Shown: piece by piece, positions 50,798 through 60,093 of the stretch
Layout: each line of letters starts with the position of its first letter
How positions within the stretch are numbered: position 1 is the stretch's first letter
DNA from: a bacterium
GTDB taxonomy: Bacteria > Patescibacteriota > Minisyncoccia > Minisyncoccales > CG1-02-41-26
Assembly: GCA_030648255.1 (NCBI GenBank)
Contig: JAUSHZ010000012.1
Location: 1 to 60,697, forward strand
Direction: 5' to 3'
Length of the DNA: 60,697 nucleotides
Position numbers and translations under genes: made by a program
Notes under the pieces: model-generated
Databases searched by the model: none
Seen by the model: only the letters and a program-made list of their open reading frames with translations
What the model was told of the DNA's origin: nothing

Positions 50798-52163
50798 TCC
50801 AAAATCCGTTGTCTTGATTGGCGCTACTGACAGGCCTGGTTCTGTTGGTTTGGGCATTGCTAAAAATTTGCTTTCTGGAAAAAATAAAAGAAAGATTTTT
50901 TTTATTAACCCCAATAGCAAAAAAGTTTTAAACCAAAAAACCTTTGCTTCCATTCTAGATATAAAAGAAAAAATTGATTTAGCCATTATTGCTGTTCCAG
51001 TAAAATTTGTTAAGCAGGTTTGTATTGAAGTATGCCAAACCAATGTTGGCTCTTGTATTATAATTTCATCTGGCTTTGCTGAAGCAGGAAGGGAAGGGGC
51101 GATATTACAAAAAGAAATTAAAGAACTTTTTTTAGAAAATAGTATTTCTTTGGTTGGGCCAAATTGTTTGGGAGTTATAAATCCAAGCGTGGCTCTCAAC
51201 GCTTCTTTTGCTCCTGAAATGCCAAAACAGGGTAGCATTGCCTTCTTAAGCCAGTCGGGCGCTTTAATAGATTCTATAATTGACAAATCACTTTTGGAAA
51301 ATTTCGGATTTTCTTTAATGGTGTCTTATGGCAACGAAGCAGGACTTTCTTTAAACGATTTTTTAAAAATAGCCAATGACAATAAAGATACCAAAGTTAT
51401 TGCTGTTTATTTAGAGGAAATAAAAAAGGGCCCGGAGTTTATTAAAATTGCCAACGAAATTACAAAAAATAAACCGATTGTTATTTTAAAGGGAGGTAAA
51501 ACCCAGGAAGGAAGATTGGCCGTGCAAAGCCACACAGCTTCTTTAGCTGGCAATGAAAAAATTTACGCAGCAGCATTTCAAAAGGCTGGCGTAATTGAAG
51601 TTGAAACAATAAGAGATTTATTTTTAATTAGCCAGGCTTTATCAATTTACAGCACTCGGAGCGCTGTAGCGGGCTGGCCCGCCAGCAACGTTTCGCGTAG
51701 CGATGCGGGCTGGCCCGCCCAAAGCCCTGCGGGCAATGAGGCGGGCTGGGCTATTTTAACCAATGGGGGAGCGGTTGGTGTAATAACTGCTGATTGGTGC
51801 TCTAGATTTGGGGTAAAATTAGTAAAAATATCGCAAAATAATCCTTGGGATATTTTAGGAGACGCCTCTAGCGAAAAATATCAAACGGCATTAATTTCCC
51901 TATTAAGACAAAAAGAAATTTCTGGTGTTATTTTTTGCCAAACCTTGCAAACAATGACCGACCCATTACAAAATGCTAAAGTAATTATTGAGGCTCAAAA
52001 ACAATTTCTTGACAAGCCAATTCTGCCATTATTTTTGGGTGGAAAAATAACAAAAAAGGGGAGTGATTTTTTAAGTAAAAATGGTCTTTTGAATTTTAAC
52101 GAGCCAAGAGACATTGCTCTATGTGCCAAATTTTTAGAAAACAAAACGGCTTCACATTATTAG
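50781..52163 (+). CDS. acdA: Acetate--CoA ligase (ADP-forming), alpha subunit (CoA-binding plus succinyl-CoA-synthetase-like)
   Basis: It contains LFNPKSVVLIGATDRPGSVG and the phospho-His loop QSHTASLAG. Confidence 0.75.
   Translation: MEKLFNPKSVVLIGATDRPGSVGLGIAKNLLSGKNKRKIFFINPNSKKVLNQKTFASILDIKEKIDLAIIAVPVKFVKQVCIEVCQTNVGSCIIISSGFAEAGREGAILQKEIKELFLENSISLVGPNCLGVINPSVALNASFAPEMPKQGSIAFLSQSGALIDSIIDKSLLENFGFSLMVSYGNEAGLSLNDFLKIANDNKDTKVIAVYLEEIKKGPEFIKIANEITKNKPIVILKGGKTQEGRLAVQSHTASLAGNEKIYAAAFQKAGVIEVETIRDLFLISQALSIYSTRSAVAGWPASNVSRSDAGWPAQSPAGNEAGWAILTNGGAVGVITADWCSRFGVKLVKISQNNPWDILGDASSEKYQTALISLLRQKEISGVIFCQTLQTMTDPLQNAKVIIEAQKQFLDKPILPLFLGGKITKKGSDFLSKNGLLNFNEPRDIALCAKFLENKTASHY
51669..51752. 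repeat. Three tandem GC-rich hairpins (gcgggctggcccgcc) in frame in acdA
   Basis: Copies lie at 51669-51683, 51705-51719 and a partial one at 51741-51752. They are read as AGWPA...AGWPA...AGWA. Confidence 0.8.
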
Positions 52164-52957
52164 AGCTTTTAATTGTCATCGGCATTATCGGCATTTTAGC
52201 TGGTGTTGTCTTGGTTAGCTTTCCTTCCGCTGATAAGAAAGCTAAACTAGCTAATGCTTTAAGCTTTTCCGATAATGTTAGGGGCTCTTTGCAGCCAGAT
52301 ATGATTGCTTGGTGGAAACTTGATGAAACAGCCGGAACTATTGCCAGCGATTCCTGGTGGAACCAACTTAATGGCACTGTTTTTGGCGCCACCTGGGTTG
52401 AGGGCATTATTAATAATGCTTTAAGTTTTGACGGGGCGAATGATTATGTAGATTTTGGGAATAATGCGAGTTTAGACTTAACTCATACTGGAACTATAGA
52501 ATTTTGGTTTAAAAATGACAGTTGGCAGAGTAGCTACGTTTCCCTTATTCAAAAAGGCGCGGGTGGTGGCTGGTGTAGCAATAATTATCAGCCCTTTACT
52601 ATTTTTAACCACTACACTGGAAATTACATTGCCTTTAGCATGTGCAGCGCTTCATCATATAATTCTGTTTCAATAGCCCCGCGGCCAACCACTGGCGCGT
52701 GGCATCATTATGTTTTTACTTTTAATGGCACAAAATTAAAATCATATCTTGATGGGAAAATTCAGCAAACTGCAAATCAAACATTAGATATGAGGGTTCA
52801 AAATGTTGCCCTGTGGGTTGGGAGAAGTTCTCCTGGCTATATATTGGGTTTGGTAGATGAAGTTCGCATTTATTCAGAGGCGCTACCCACTTCTGCTATT
52901 CAGCAGCATTATGCTCAAGGCCTTGAAACTCATTCAAGCTTCTTAGTTGAAAAATAA
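52121..52957 (+). CDS. Type IV pilin-like protein with a LamG domain
   Basis: The class III signal NG/FTLLELLIVIGIIGILAGVVLV is followed by a W.LDE....D......GT...FDG.NDYV...VDEVRIYSEAL LamG module. It overlaps the acdA 3' end by 43 nt. Confidence 0.8.
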   Translation: MCQIFRKQNGFTLLELLIVIGIIGILAGVVLVSFPSADKKAKLANALSFSDNVRGSLQPDMIAWWKLDETAGTIASDSWWNQLNGTVFGATWVEGIINNALSFDGANDYVDFGNNASLDLTHTGTIEFWFKNDSWQSSYVSLIQKGAGGGWCSNNYQPFTIFNHYTGNYIAFSMCSASSYNSVSIAPRPTTGAWHHYVFTFNGTKLKSYLDGKIQQTANQTLDMRVQNVALWVGRSSPGYILGLVDEVRIYSEALPTSAIQQHYAQGLETHSSFLVEK

Positions 52958-52972
52958 AAACTTGTTAAAAAA

Positions 52973-53791
52973 GTTGTTGAACCCGAGCTTCAACAGCAAA
53001 ATAAAAATATGAGATTTGAAACAATTCAAGTAGGCGAGTATGCCCATATTTATAACAGAGGCAACCGTAAACAAGATATTATTAAAAATGAAAAAGACAG
53101 CTGGCGTTTTATTCAGGCCTTAATGTTTTTTAATGACAGCCATTCTTCAGTAAATATCTTGCGTCAGATTGTTTCCTCAAAAGCTAAAAAAACTGTTGAA
53201 CCCGAGCTTCAACAGATGCCAGAGTCGGTGTTTAGAATGGGTTGGCCAAAAGATTGGCCAGAAAAAGATCCGTTAGTTAAAATTTTATGTTATTGTTTAT
53301 CACCTAATCATTTTCATTTGCTCTTACAAGAAATTCGCGAGGGCGGTATTAGTAAGTTTATGCAAAAATTTGGTGGTGGTTATACGAAATATTTTAATAT
53401 AAAACATAAAGAAGTGGGACGAGTTTTTCAAGGGCCTTATAAAATAAAAATAGTCGGAAGCGATCAAGTTTATCTTGAGTATTTAAGCGCTTATATTCAA
53501 GTAAAAAATGTTTTAGAATTATTTCCAGGCGGTATTCAGGAGGCGAAAAAAAATATTAGCGAGGCAATAAAGTTTTTAGAAAAGTATGTTTTTTCAAGTT
53601 GTCCAGATTTTTTAGGCGTTCGTAATTCCCTAATTATTGATAAAGGTATTTTGGGAGAGATTTTTCCAACTATAGATGACTACAAGAAGTTTATTGTGAG
53701 TTTAATTGAAAGTGGCAGTTTTGACCACGAAGTTATAGCTGATTCTTTATTTGATGAGTAGTAAAAACTGTTGAAGCTCGGGTTCAACAAC
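52973..53791 (+). mobile_element. REPtron-like unit: a RAYT-like gene bracketed by exact inverted 24-mers
   Basis: GTTGTTGAACCCGAGCTTCAACAG at 52973-52996 has its exact reverse complement at 53768-53791. A third copy sits in frame at 53193-53215. Confidence 0.65.
53009..53761 (+). CDS. Y1 (HUH) tyrosine transposase, IS200/IS605 TnpA / REP-associated (RAYT)-like
   Basis: The HUH motif reads SPNHFHLLLQE. It also has RVFQGPYKIKIV and the Tyr motif YLSAYIQVKNV. Confidence 0.7.
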   Translation: MRFETIQVGEYAHIYNRGNRKQDIIKNEKDSWRFIQALMFFNDSHSSVNILRQIVSSKAKKTVEPELQQMPESVFRMGWPKDWPEKDPLVKILCYCLSPNHFHLLLQEIREGGISKFMQKFGGGYTKYFNIKHKEVGRVFQGPYKIKIVGSDQVYLEYLSAYIQVKNVLELFPGGIQEAKKNISEAIKFLEKYVFSSCPDFLGVRNSLIIDKGILGEIFPTIDDYKKFIVSLIESGSFDHEVIADSLFDE

Positions 53792-53798
53792 AAATAAT

Positions 53799-56531
53799 AT
53801 GATAAATCCTTGTCCAAAAAGAAATATTTTTTTAAAGTGGCTTTTTTGGCATTTTATTGATGTTCCCAAGGCCATTGTTTTGGGCTGGAAGAATTTTTTA
53901 AAATTTAATCTTTATTATTTTTCTATAGGAGTTCTGATAAAAAGCTTGCTTTCTCCTTGGAGAGGGGATGTTGGGGATTATGGCAGGGGGTTTGACGCTA
54001 AGAGATATTTTGAAACGTTTTTGGGCAATATGATCTCCAGAGTGTTGGGCGCGATTATTCGCTTGGTTATAATTGCTATTGGCCTGGTGATGCAGGTTTG
54101 TATATTTTTTGCCGGGCTTTTTATTTTAATACTTTGGATTTTCTTGCCAGCTGTTGTGGTGGTAGGATTTTTTACAGCAATCGGGTCTGAGTCATCTTGG
54201 TCAAAGTATCTAGCTTTGCTGTGCTTTTTAATTATTGTTTGGGAAGCAAAAAGATTTTTTGAGAAAAGCGTTAAAAATTCCAAATTAAAGTATTCTCTAA
54301 AGCAGGGTTTAGCCAATCCAAAAGATTTTAAATGGATTGGGTTTTTAGATTATACGGCCGGTAAAATTTTTAAAAAAGCAAAATCAAAAGACGCCTTGCT
54401 CATTTTATTGGCAAAGTCAAAGTCGCCAGATATTGTTTTCGTGTTCCAAAGGGCAGAATTAAGCCAAAAGAAATTGCAAAAATTTTGCCTTGAGGAGCTG
54501 AACAAAATAAAAGAAAACGAAATCGGCTTGGAAAAAATAATTATTGAAGCAGCCGCCTCCGCTGGAGCTTCCGCCGACGCTAAAGCTTTGGCGGACAAGT
54601 CGGCGAGCCAAAGGGAAAAAATAACCCCAGGAGATTTATTGGTGGCGTTTGCCGCGCTTGACCCTGTGTTGGAAAAATTTTTAGTGGAAAACGATTTTAA
54701 AAAAGATGACATTAAAAATTTAGTTGATTGGTTTTGCAAAGAAAAAAACAGAAGGGAAAAACTATCTTGTTGGTGGGATTATACAAATTTATTAACAAGA
54801 GGTTCTGTGGGCCAAGATTTTGCCGCTGGATATACCATAACATTAGACAGGTTTTCATTTGATTGGAGAAATAAAATTGGAAAAAATGTTTTTAGGGAAG
54901 TTATCGGGCATCAGGAAGAAATAAAACAAACAGAAAGGATTTTAGAGAAAGAACAAACCAAAAATGTCTTATTGGTGGGGGAGCCAGGCACTGGCAGAAA
55001 TAGTATTGTTGAAGCAATGGCTCAAAGAGCATTTTTGGGAATTTCCACTCCATCAATTAACCATAAACGAATTTTACAGTTTGATATTGAATCCTTAATG
55101 GCGCAAGCTCAATCTAAAGAGGAAGAAGACGCGCTTTTAGAAAAATGCTTTTCAGAGGCCATTAAAGCAAAGAATGTTATTTTAGCTATAAATGACTTTC
55201 ATAATTATGTTTCCATTTCTGGCATTATGGCAAGATATCTGCCCTTACCGTCTTTTCAAGTGGTTGCCACTACTACGTTTGACGGATTTCATACTTTTAT
55301 TGAACGCAATTCCTCTTTTAGCAATTTATTTGAAAAGATAGATGTTACTGAAATTTCAGAACAAGACACACTTGTTTTAATGGAGCAGTTTGTGCCATTT
55401 TTTGAAGCAAAGCATAAAAAATATATTAGCTTTAGAGCTTTAAAAGAAATTTTGAAAGTAAGCTCAAGATATATGGCCCAGAAACCATTTCCAGAAAAAG
55501 CGACTCGCCTTTTAGACGAAGCAATGGTTTATTTAAAAATGTACACAAAAGATAATGCTTTGAGAGCTAACCATATTAGAAAAATTGTTTCCGAAAAAAC
55601 AAAAATTCCATTGGAGGCATTGGAAAGCAAAGAAAAACAAATCTTGCTTAACTTGGAGGATTTAATTCACACTCGCTTGATTAATCAAGTTGAAGCGGTT
55701 TCGGATGTTTCCTCGGCTTTAAGAAGGGCAAGGTCTGAAGTTAATTTAAAATCAGGGCCCATTGGTTCATTTTTGTTTTTGGGTCCAACAGGTGTTGGCA
55801 AAACAGAAACCGCCAAAGCCCTAGCTGAAATTTATTTTGGCAACGAGCAAAATATGATTAGATTTGATATGTCAGAATTTCAAGTAATAGAAGATATAAA
55901 ACGGCTTATCGGCACTTCACAGGAAAATGGTCTTTTAACCACGAAAATAAAGGAAAAGCCGTTTTCTTTGCTATTGCTTGACGAGCTTGAAAAAGCCCAT
56001 CCAAATGTTTTAACTTTATTCTTGCAAGTTTTGGACGAGGGTTGGCTCACTGATGGCTTGGGGAGAAGGGTTGATTTTAAAAATACAATTATTATTGCCA
56101 CAAGCAATGTAGCTTCAGAGGTGATTATGGAAGATGTAAAACAAGGTAGCGCTTTAGACAAAATAAAAGAACATGTTTTTAACTATGCTTTTTCCCAACG
56201 CTTATTGAGGCCAGAGTTTGTTAATAGGTTTGACGCGGTTGTTTTATTTAAACCCCTTGGAAAGCTTGAGCTTCTGCAAATAGCTGGCTTAATGCTTAAT
56301 AAGCTAGCTAAAAATTTACTTGATAAAGGCATTAAATTTTCAGCAACCCAAGAGTTAAAAGAAAAAATTGTTGAATTATCATACAACCCAGCATTCGGCG
56401 CCAGAGAAATGAAAAGAGTAATACAGGATAAAGTGGAAAATAATTTAGCAAAGGCATTGTTGCTTGGAGATTTAAAGCGTGGTAAAATTGTTTCTGTTGA
56501 CCCAGTGGACTTTAGTTTAAAAATTTTATGA
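53799..56531 (+). CDS. ClpA/ClpB-family double AAA+ ATPase with an N-terminal transmembrane domain and a degenerate first Walker A
   Basis: D2 is canonical (GPTGVGKTE, LLLLDELEKAH). D1 reads GEPGTGRNS and ILAINDFH. The N-terminal ~150 aa hold several hydrophobic helices. Confidence 0.7.
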   Translation: MINPCPKRNIFLKWLFWHFIDVPKAIVLGWKNFLKFNLYYFSIGVLIKSLLSPWRGDVGDYGRGFDAKRYFETFLGNMISRVLGAIIRLVIIAIGLVMQVCIFFAGLFILILWIFLPAVVVVGFFTAIGSESSWSKYLALLCFLIIVWEAKRFFEKSVKNSKLKYSLKQGLANPKDFKWIGFLDYTAGKIFKKAKSKDALLILLAKSKSPDIVFVFQRAELSQKKLQKFCLEELNKIKENEIGLEKIIIEAAASAGASADAKALADKSASQREKITPGDLLVAFAALDPVLEKFLVENDFKKDDIKNLVDWFCKEKNRREKLSCWWDYTNLLTRGSVGQDFAAGYTITLDRFSFDWRNKIGKNVFREVIGHQEEIKQTERILEKEQTKNVLLVGEPGTGRNSIVEAMAQRAFLGISTPSINHKRILQFDIESLMAQAQSKEEEDALLEKCFSEAIKAKNVILAINDFHNYVSISGIMARYLPLPSFQVVATTTFDGFHTFIERNSSFSNLFEKIDVTEISEQDTLVLMEQFVPFFEAKHKKYISFRALKEILKVSSRYMAQKPFPEKATRLLDEAMVYLKMYTKDNALRANHIRKIVSEKTKIPLEALESKEKQILLNLEDLIHTRLINQVEAVSDVSSALRRARSEVNLKSGPIGSFLFLGPTGVGKTETAKALAEIYFGNEQNMIRFDMSEFQVIEDIKRLIGTSQENGLLTTKIKEKPFSLLLLDELEKAHPNVLTLFLQVLDEGWLTDGLGRRVDFKNTIIIATSNVASEVIMEDVKQGSALDKIKEHVFNYAFSQRLLRPEFVNRFDAVVLFKPLGKLELLQIAGLMLNKLAKNLLDKGIKFSATQELKEKIVELSYNPAFGAREMKRVIQDKVENNLAKALLLGDLKRGKIVSVDPVDFSLKIL

Positions 56532-57502
56532 CCAAAACTTATAAATACGTTATAGGAGGAGTTGTGGGAGCTGTTGTGTTGGGTGTTTTTTTATTGTCCT
56601 CTGGGGCTGTTAATCCTTCGTGGAATCCATTTAGTCAGCCCCCAAGTGGCGAGGTTTTGGAAACCGCAATTTATAATTTAAGCAAAATTGAAAAAATGCG
56701 GATTTTGGCTTTGGTTGATTTATCTATTGAAAAGCCAAAAAAAATAACCGGCGCCTTAAACTTGAATCAAGCTATTGATTATACAAACAAAGACCAGAAG
56801 AAAAATTTAACTGATTTTAATTTATCAGTTGGCATAGAGGGGATGGAGCTTTCAATAAATGCTGAAATGGTTGGCATTGATAAAAATTTATATTTAAAAA
56901 TAAATAGCTTGCCTCCATATTTGCCGTTGGGGGTTGATGTTGAAACATTAAAAAATCAGTGGCTATTGGTTGATCCAGCCAAGCTTGGCTTGTTTGGCTC
57001 GGTGGCTTCAACTTCAGATGAGGCCAAAACCAAGCAAGACACTGCTTTTTTAAATGACTTGAAGTCCTTGATTGCTAATAAAAATTTATTTAAATTAAAA
57101 AGAAATTTAGGCAAGGGCCATTATGCGGCCGAAGTTGATAAGCAAACAGCCAAAGAAGTTATACCGCAAATTTTTGCTGTTATAAGCAAGCAATTGCCAA
57201 ACTCCAGCGATAGCTACCAGCAGGACTTGCAAAAAAGTTTAGATGAATTTGAGCAAAATTTTGACGCAATATGGAAGGCTTTGGGCGGATTAAATTTTGA
57301 GGTGTGGATTGATGAAAATAGCCAGATACTAAAAAAAGTGAAATTTGCCAAAGAAATCCAGCAAAACAAAATTGGCATTGAAGTTTCTTTTACTGATTTT
57401 AATAAGGATATTGTTATTGAGGCGCCTCTTGAATTTAAGCCGATAGAAGATGTTTTGCCTCCCGACTTGTTGGGCCTTAGCACTTCGACTTTGACTTATT
57501 AG
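56528..57502 (+). CDS. Hypothetical membrane-anchored extracytoplasmic protein
   Basis: The N-terminal anchor is YVIGGVVGAVVLGVFLL. It shares an ATGA-type overlap with the upstream gene. I recognise no family. Confidence 0.5.
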   Translation: MTKTYKYVIGGVVGAVVLGVFLLSSGAVNPSWNPFSQPPSGEVLETAIYNLSKIEKMRILALVDLSIEKPKKITGALNLNQAIDYTNKDQKKNLTDFNLSVGIEGMELSINAEMVGIDKNLYLKINSLPPYLPLGVDVETLKNQWLLVDPAKLGLFGSVASTSDEAKTKQDTAFLNDLKSLIANKNLFKLKRNLGKGHYAAEVDKQTAKEVIPQIFAVISKQLPNSSDSYQQDLQKSLDEFEQNFDAIWKALGGLNFEVWIDENSQILKKVKFAKEIQQNKIGIEVSFTDFNKDIVIEAPLEFKPIEDVLPPDLLGLSTSTLTY

Positions 57503-57534
57503 CTTTATTGTGGTAGAAACAGGATATAAATTAT

Positions 57535-57561
57535 AACCTTAAATTTATTATAAGGTTTTTT
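57535..57561 (+). terminator. Rho-independent terminator candidate
   Basis: The stem aacctta/taaggtt has the loop aatttatta and is followed by tttt. Confidence 0.55.
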
Positions 57562-57621
57562 AGTTTACTGAAGTGTGCTACTTAAAAATTTATTCCACTT
57601 AAAGTGGAGGAGGGTACTATC

Positions 57622-58776
57622 TTGAAAAGAAGAACGCTGAGAGTTTCTTTAAGGGTGATTATGATCGCTGTTTTGATTTTTGTGGTCGCTGCGATTGCAG
57701 TTTATTGTAGTTCGATTGTTGTTTCCTCTGCTGTTGGGGCAGAAAGAGATGAAGCTAAGATTTTTCCCCAGAGGGTATTGGATTTAATTTTTAAACCAGA
57801 CCCATTAAAAGATAGTGAGGTGCTGGAAATCAAAAATTCCCTGCAATCGGTTTGGGGGAGCGGGTACGACTTTAACTCTAGCGAGAGGTGGAAAGCTATA
57901 ATGTCTATGGCTGATGACCAGAGGAAGGTAGAAATTTTGCTCCTGTGGCTTGAGATTGACTCGAAAATTCGAGACGAAAAAATCTTGAAGGCCATTAATG
58001 GTCAAGATGGAAAAATTGAAAACGTCCAAAGCATTATTGCTGGTTATCATGCTTGGGTAAAAGAGTTTGTGGAGAAATATTCAGATGCATTATTGAAGGC
58101 AAAAAATGATGAGTTGTTCCGCAAAGATGCGCTTCTGGCGGAAATTTCTAAAAAGCTTGACTGGGCGCTTCAAGAAGTAAAGAGGTTGGAAAATAAACTT
58201 GATGAAATGCCAGTTCAAGAATTTGGCGTTAGCCAAGAAGAGTATGACCAGCTCAAGGCGGATCATGGCCGCCGAATCGCTCAACTTAAAGACGAGATTG
58301 ATTGGTTGACGAAACGAATTGAAGAATTGAAAGCCGAGATTGATCGGCTTAAAAAAGAATTAACAAAAAAGCCAAAAAGTTTTTGGGCTGGGGTTGGAGC
58401 TCTTGGTGGGGAAAAGGTTTATTCAAACCCACTTGGGGTTATGGCAGATTTTGCTGTTTTTCATACTCGCCCATGGATGCCGGTTTATGTCGAACTTGGC
58501 GCTAGAAAGTTTTTAATAAAAGATTTTTTAGCAATCCAGATATTTGGTAGCTATGGCAGTTCCTGGTTTTTAGGCACTGGCCTAGTTGTTAACATTAAAC
58601 TCTTGGACTTGTCCATTTCGGGTGGGGCTCAATATCTTCCCGATTACTTGGTAGGGGATCTAAGTCCTGTCCAAGTTTATGCGGAATTAACCCACGAAGG
58701 GGATTGGACAAGGATGAGCTTGCGGGTTATTCCGTGGCTCAATATGGTCCAGCTTTCTGGCGGGGTAAAATTTTGA
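57622..58776 (+). CDS. Hypothetical transmembrane plus coiled-coil protein
   Basis: GGAGGAG at 57606-57612 favours the TTG start at 57622 (LKRRTLRV...). It has one transmembrane segment, a heptad-rich middle (LKDEIDWLTKRIEELKAEIDRLKKEL) and a Gly/aromatic-rich C-terminal domain. Confidence 0.5.
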   Translation: MKRRTLRVSLRVIMIAVLIFVVAAIAVYCSSIVVSSAVGAERDEAKIFPQRVLDLIFKPDPLKDSEVLEIKNSLQSVWGSGYDFNSSERWKAIMSMADDQRKVEILLLWLEIDSKIRDEKILKAINGQDGKIENVQSIIAGYHAWVKEFVEKYSDALLKAKNDELFRKDALLAEISKKLDWALQEVKRLENKLDEMPVQEFGVSQEEYDQLKADHGRRIAQLKDEIDWLTKRIEELKAEIDRLKKELTKKPKSFWAGVGALGGEKVYSNPLGVMADFAVFHTRPWMPVYVELGARKFLIKDFLAIQIFGSYGSSWFLGTGLVVNIKLLDLSISGGAQYLPDYLVGDLSPVQVYAELTHEGDWTRMSLRVIPWLNMVQLSGGVKF

Positions 58777-58823
58777 AAGGAGTTTCTCTCCTTTCTGTGG
58801 CACTAGATTTTTTTCTCTAGTGC
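58776..58823 (+). terminator. Tandem hairpins after the 57622 gene
   Basis: The hairpins are aaaggag-tttct-ctccttt at 58776-58794 and gcactaga-tttttttc-tctagtgc at 58800-58823. Confidence 0.5.
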
Positions 58824-58866
58824 AAGTGTCCTTGTTTTTAATTTTCTAATATAGGAGGGCCTTAAA

Positions 58867-60093
58867 ATGAAGGCACTAGGTATTCTTTCTGTTTCTGTTT
58901 TTTTAGCTTTTTTGGTTTTCGGGTTTCTTGGGTGTACTAGTGTGGATGAAACAATCGTCTCATTAAAAGTTACTGGACCAACTTCTGTTACAGTAACTGA
59001 CAAGCTAGCTCTTACCACTTATACTGCGACAGGATTTAATGGAGAAATTTGGAACGCTAATGGTAAGTCCTATACCAGTAGCGTTGAGGGTCCTTATTTT
59101 TGGTATGTTATTGCCGATAAGGGAAATAACAACTATGCCGTAGTTTTTCAGGCAGTTGGTGGTCCAATTTTTTCTGTCAATTTTTCGGTGGCTGGAAGTT
59201 ATGTTGTGTTTGTTTCCACAGGCGCTTCCTTTAAAAGTGGTAAGGTCACTAATGCCGAACTTGCCTCAAGGGCAAAGTTAGCAGTAACTGTATCAAAGGG
59301 ACAGGGCTACAAGGAAACCACCATTACTCCTCGGATGGTAATCGACGAATGGTATCCAGGATATATTCTTGTTGATACCTCGAGAAGTACTGTTGATCCC
59401 ATAACGGATGAGATTACTGGGTGGAGCTTGAGTATTGATGGAAAGAAATTTTCTTCTCAGCAAAGAGCAGGAGTCTCTGTTTCCGAAGGAAATCATATAA
59501 TCCGCATAGAGTTAAATACTCTCTACGGGTTCAGTCATTATTTGGAAACTAATTATACTTACAAGAGTGGTGCTGCCTCTGTTGAAATTAAAGGTTCAAC
59601 TGGAGGAAGTGCCACTGGCGGAACCTCCGGCACAATAGATAATCCTCCATATAACCCACCCGTTGACGATAACCCAGTTATTATTCCCAAACCAGTTGAA
59701 GGACGAGACGGTAACTTTGACGCCTCTTTCAATAAGGGGCAGGAAATGCAGGTTAACAAGAACGAAACTGTTCGAGTTCCTGTTTATGGGCAGGGATTGT
59801 GCGATAAGGTTAATATCGCTGGGATCTATTTCGATCCGGCATTATTAACCCTTCAGGCGATTGAATCTGCTGGACCTTGGGAGGTTAGCCAGAAAAGTGG
59901 GGCAAACTTTTCTGCGACTAATTCCTCGCCAGATGCCGGTGCCGTAGTTATTTGCTATCTTGTCTTCAAGGTAGGAAATAATGTCGGTATCTCTGGTCTG
60001 ACCTGGCCATCTGGCATGTCTGGATCTTCTGCCGGTTATCTAGGCAGGGGACTCTTCTTACGCGGGATCGACGGCTCGGTCCGCGTAAAATAG
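58867..60093 (+). CDS. Putative lipoprotein with Ig-like N-terminal and cohesin-like C-terminal domains
   Basis: The lipobox is FGFLGC, and GGAGGG lies 9 nt upstream of the ATG. The C-terminal VRVPVYGQGLCDKVNIAGIYFDPALLTLQAIES resembles cohesin-type modules, though this match is weak. Confidence 0.5.
   Translation: MKALGILSVSVFLAFLVFGFLGCTSVDETIVSLKVTGPTSVTVTDKLALTTYTATGFNGEIWNANGKSYTSSVEGPYFWYVIADKGNNNYAVVFQAVGGPIFSVNFSVAGSYVVFVSTGASFKSGKVTNAELASRAKLAVTVSKGQGYKETTITPRMVIDEWYPGYILVDTSRSTVDPITDEITGWSLSIDGKKFSSQQRAGVSVSEGNHIIRIELNTLYGFSHYLETNYTYKSGAASVEIKGSTGGSATGGTSGTIDNPPYNPPVDDNPVIIPKPVEGRDGNFDASFNKGQEMQVNKNETVRVPVYGQGLCDKVNIAGIYFDPALLTLQAIESAGPWEVSQKSGANFSATNSSPDAGAVVICYLVFKVGNNVGISGLTWPSGMSGSSAGYLGRGLFLRGIDGSVRVK

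Noticed and set aside
2661-53791. A CRISPR array formed by the recurring palindromes
   Set aside because: The copies are scattered over 50 kb at irregular distances. They fall into several unrelated families, often lie inside genes, and are not separated by unique spacers of uniform length. No cas genes are present.
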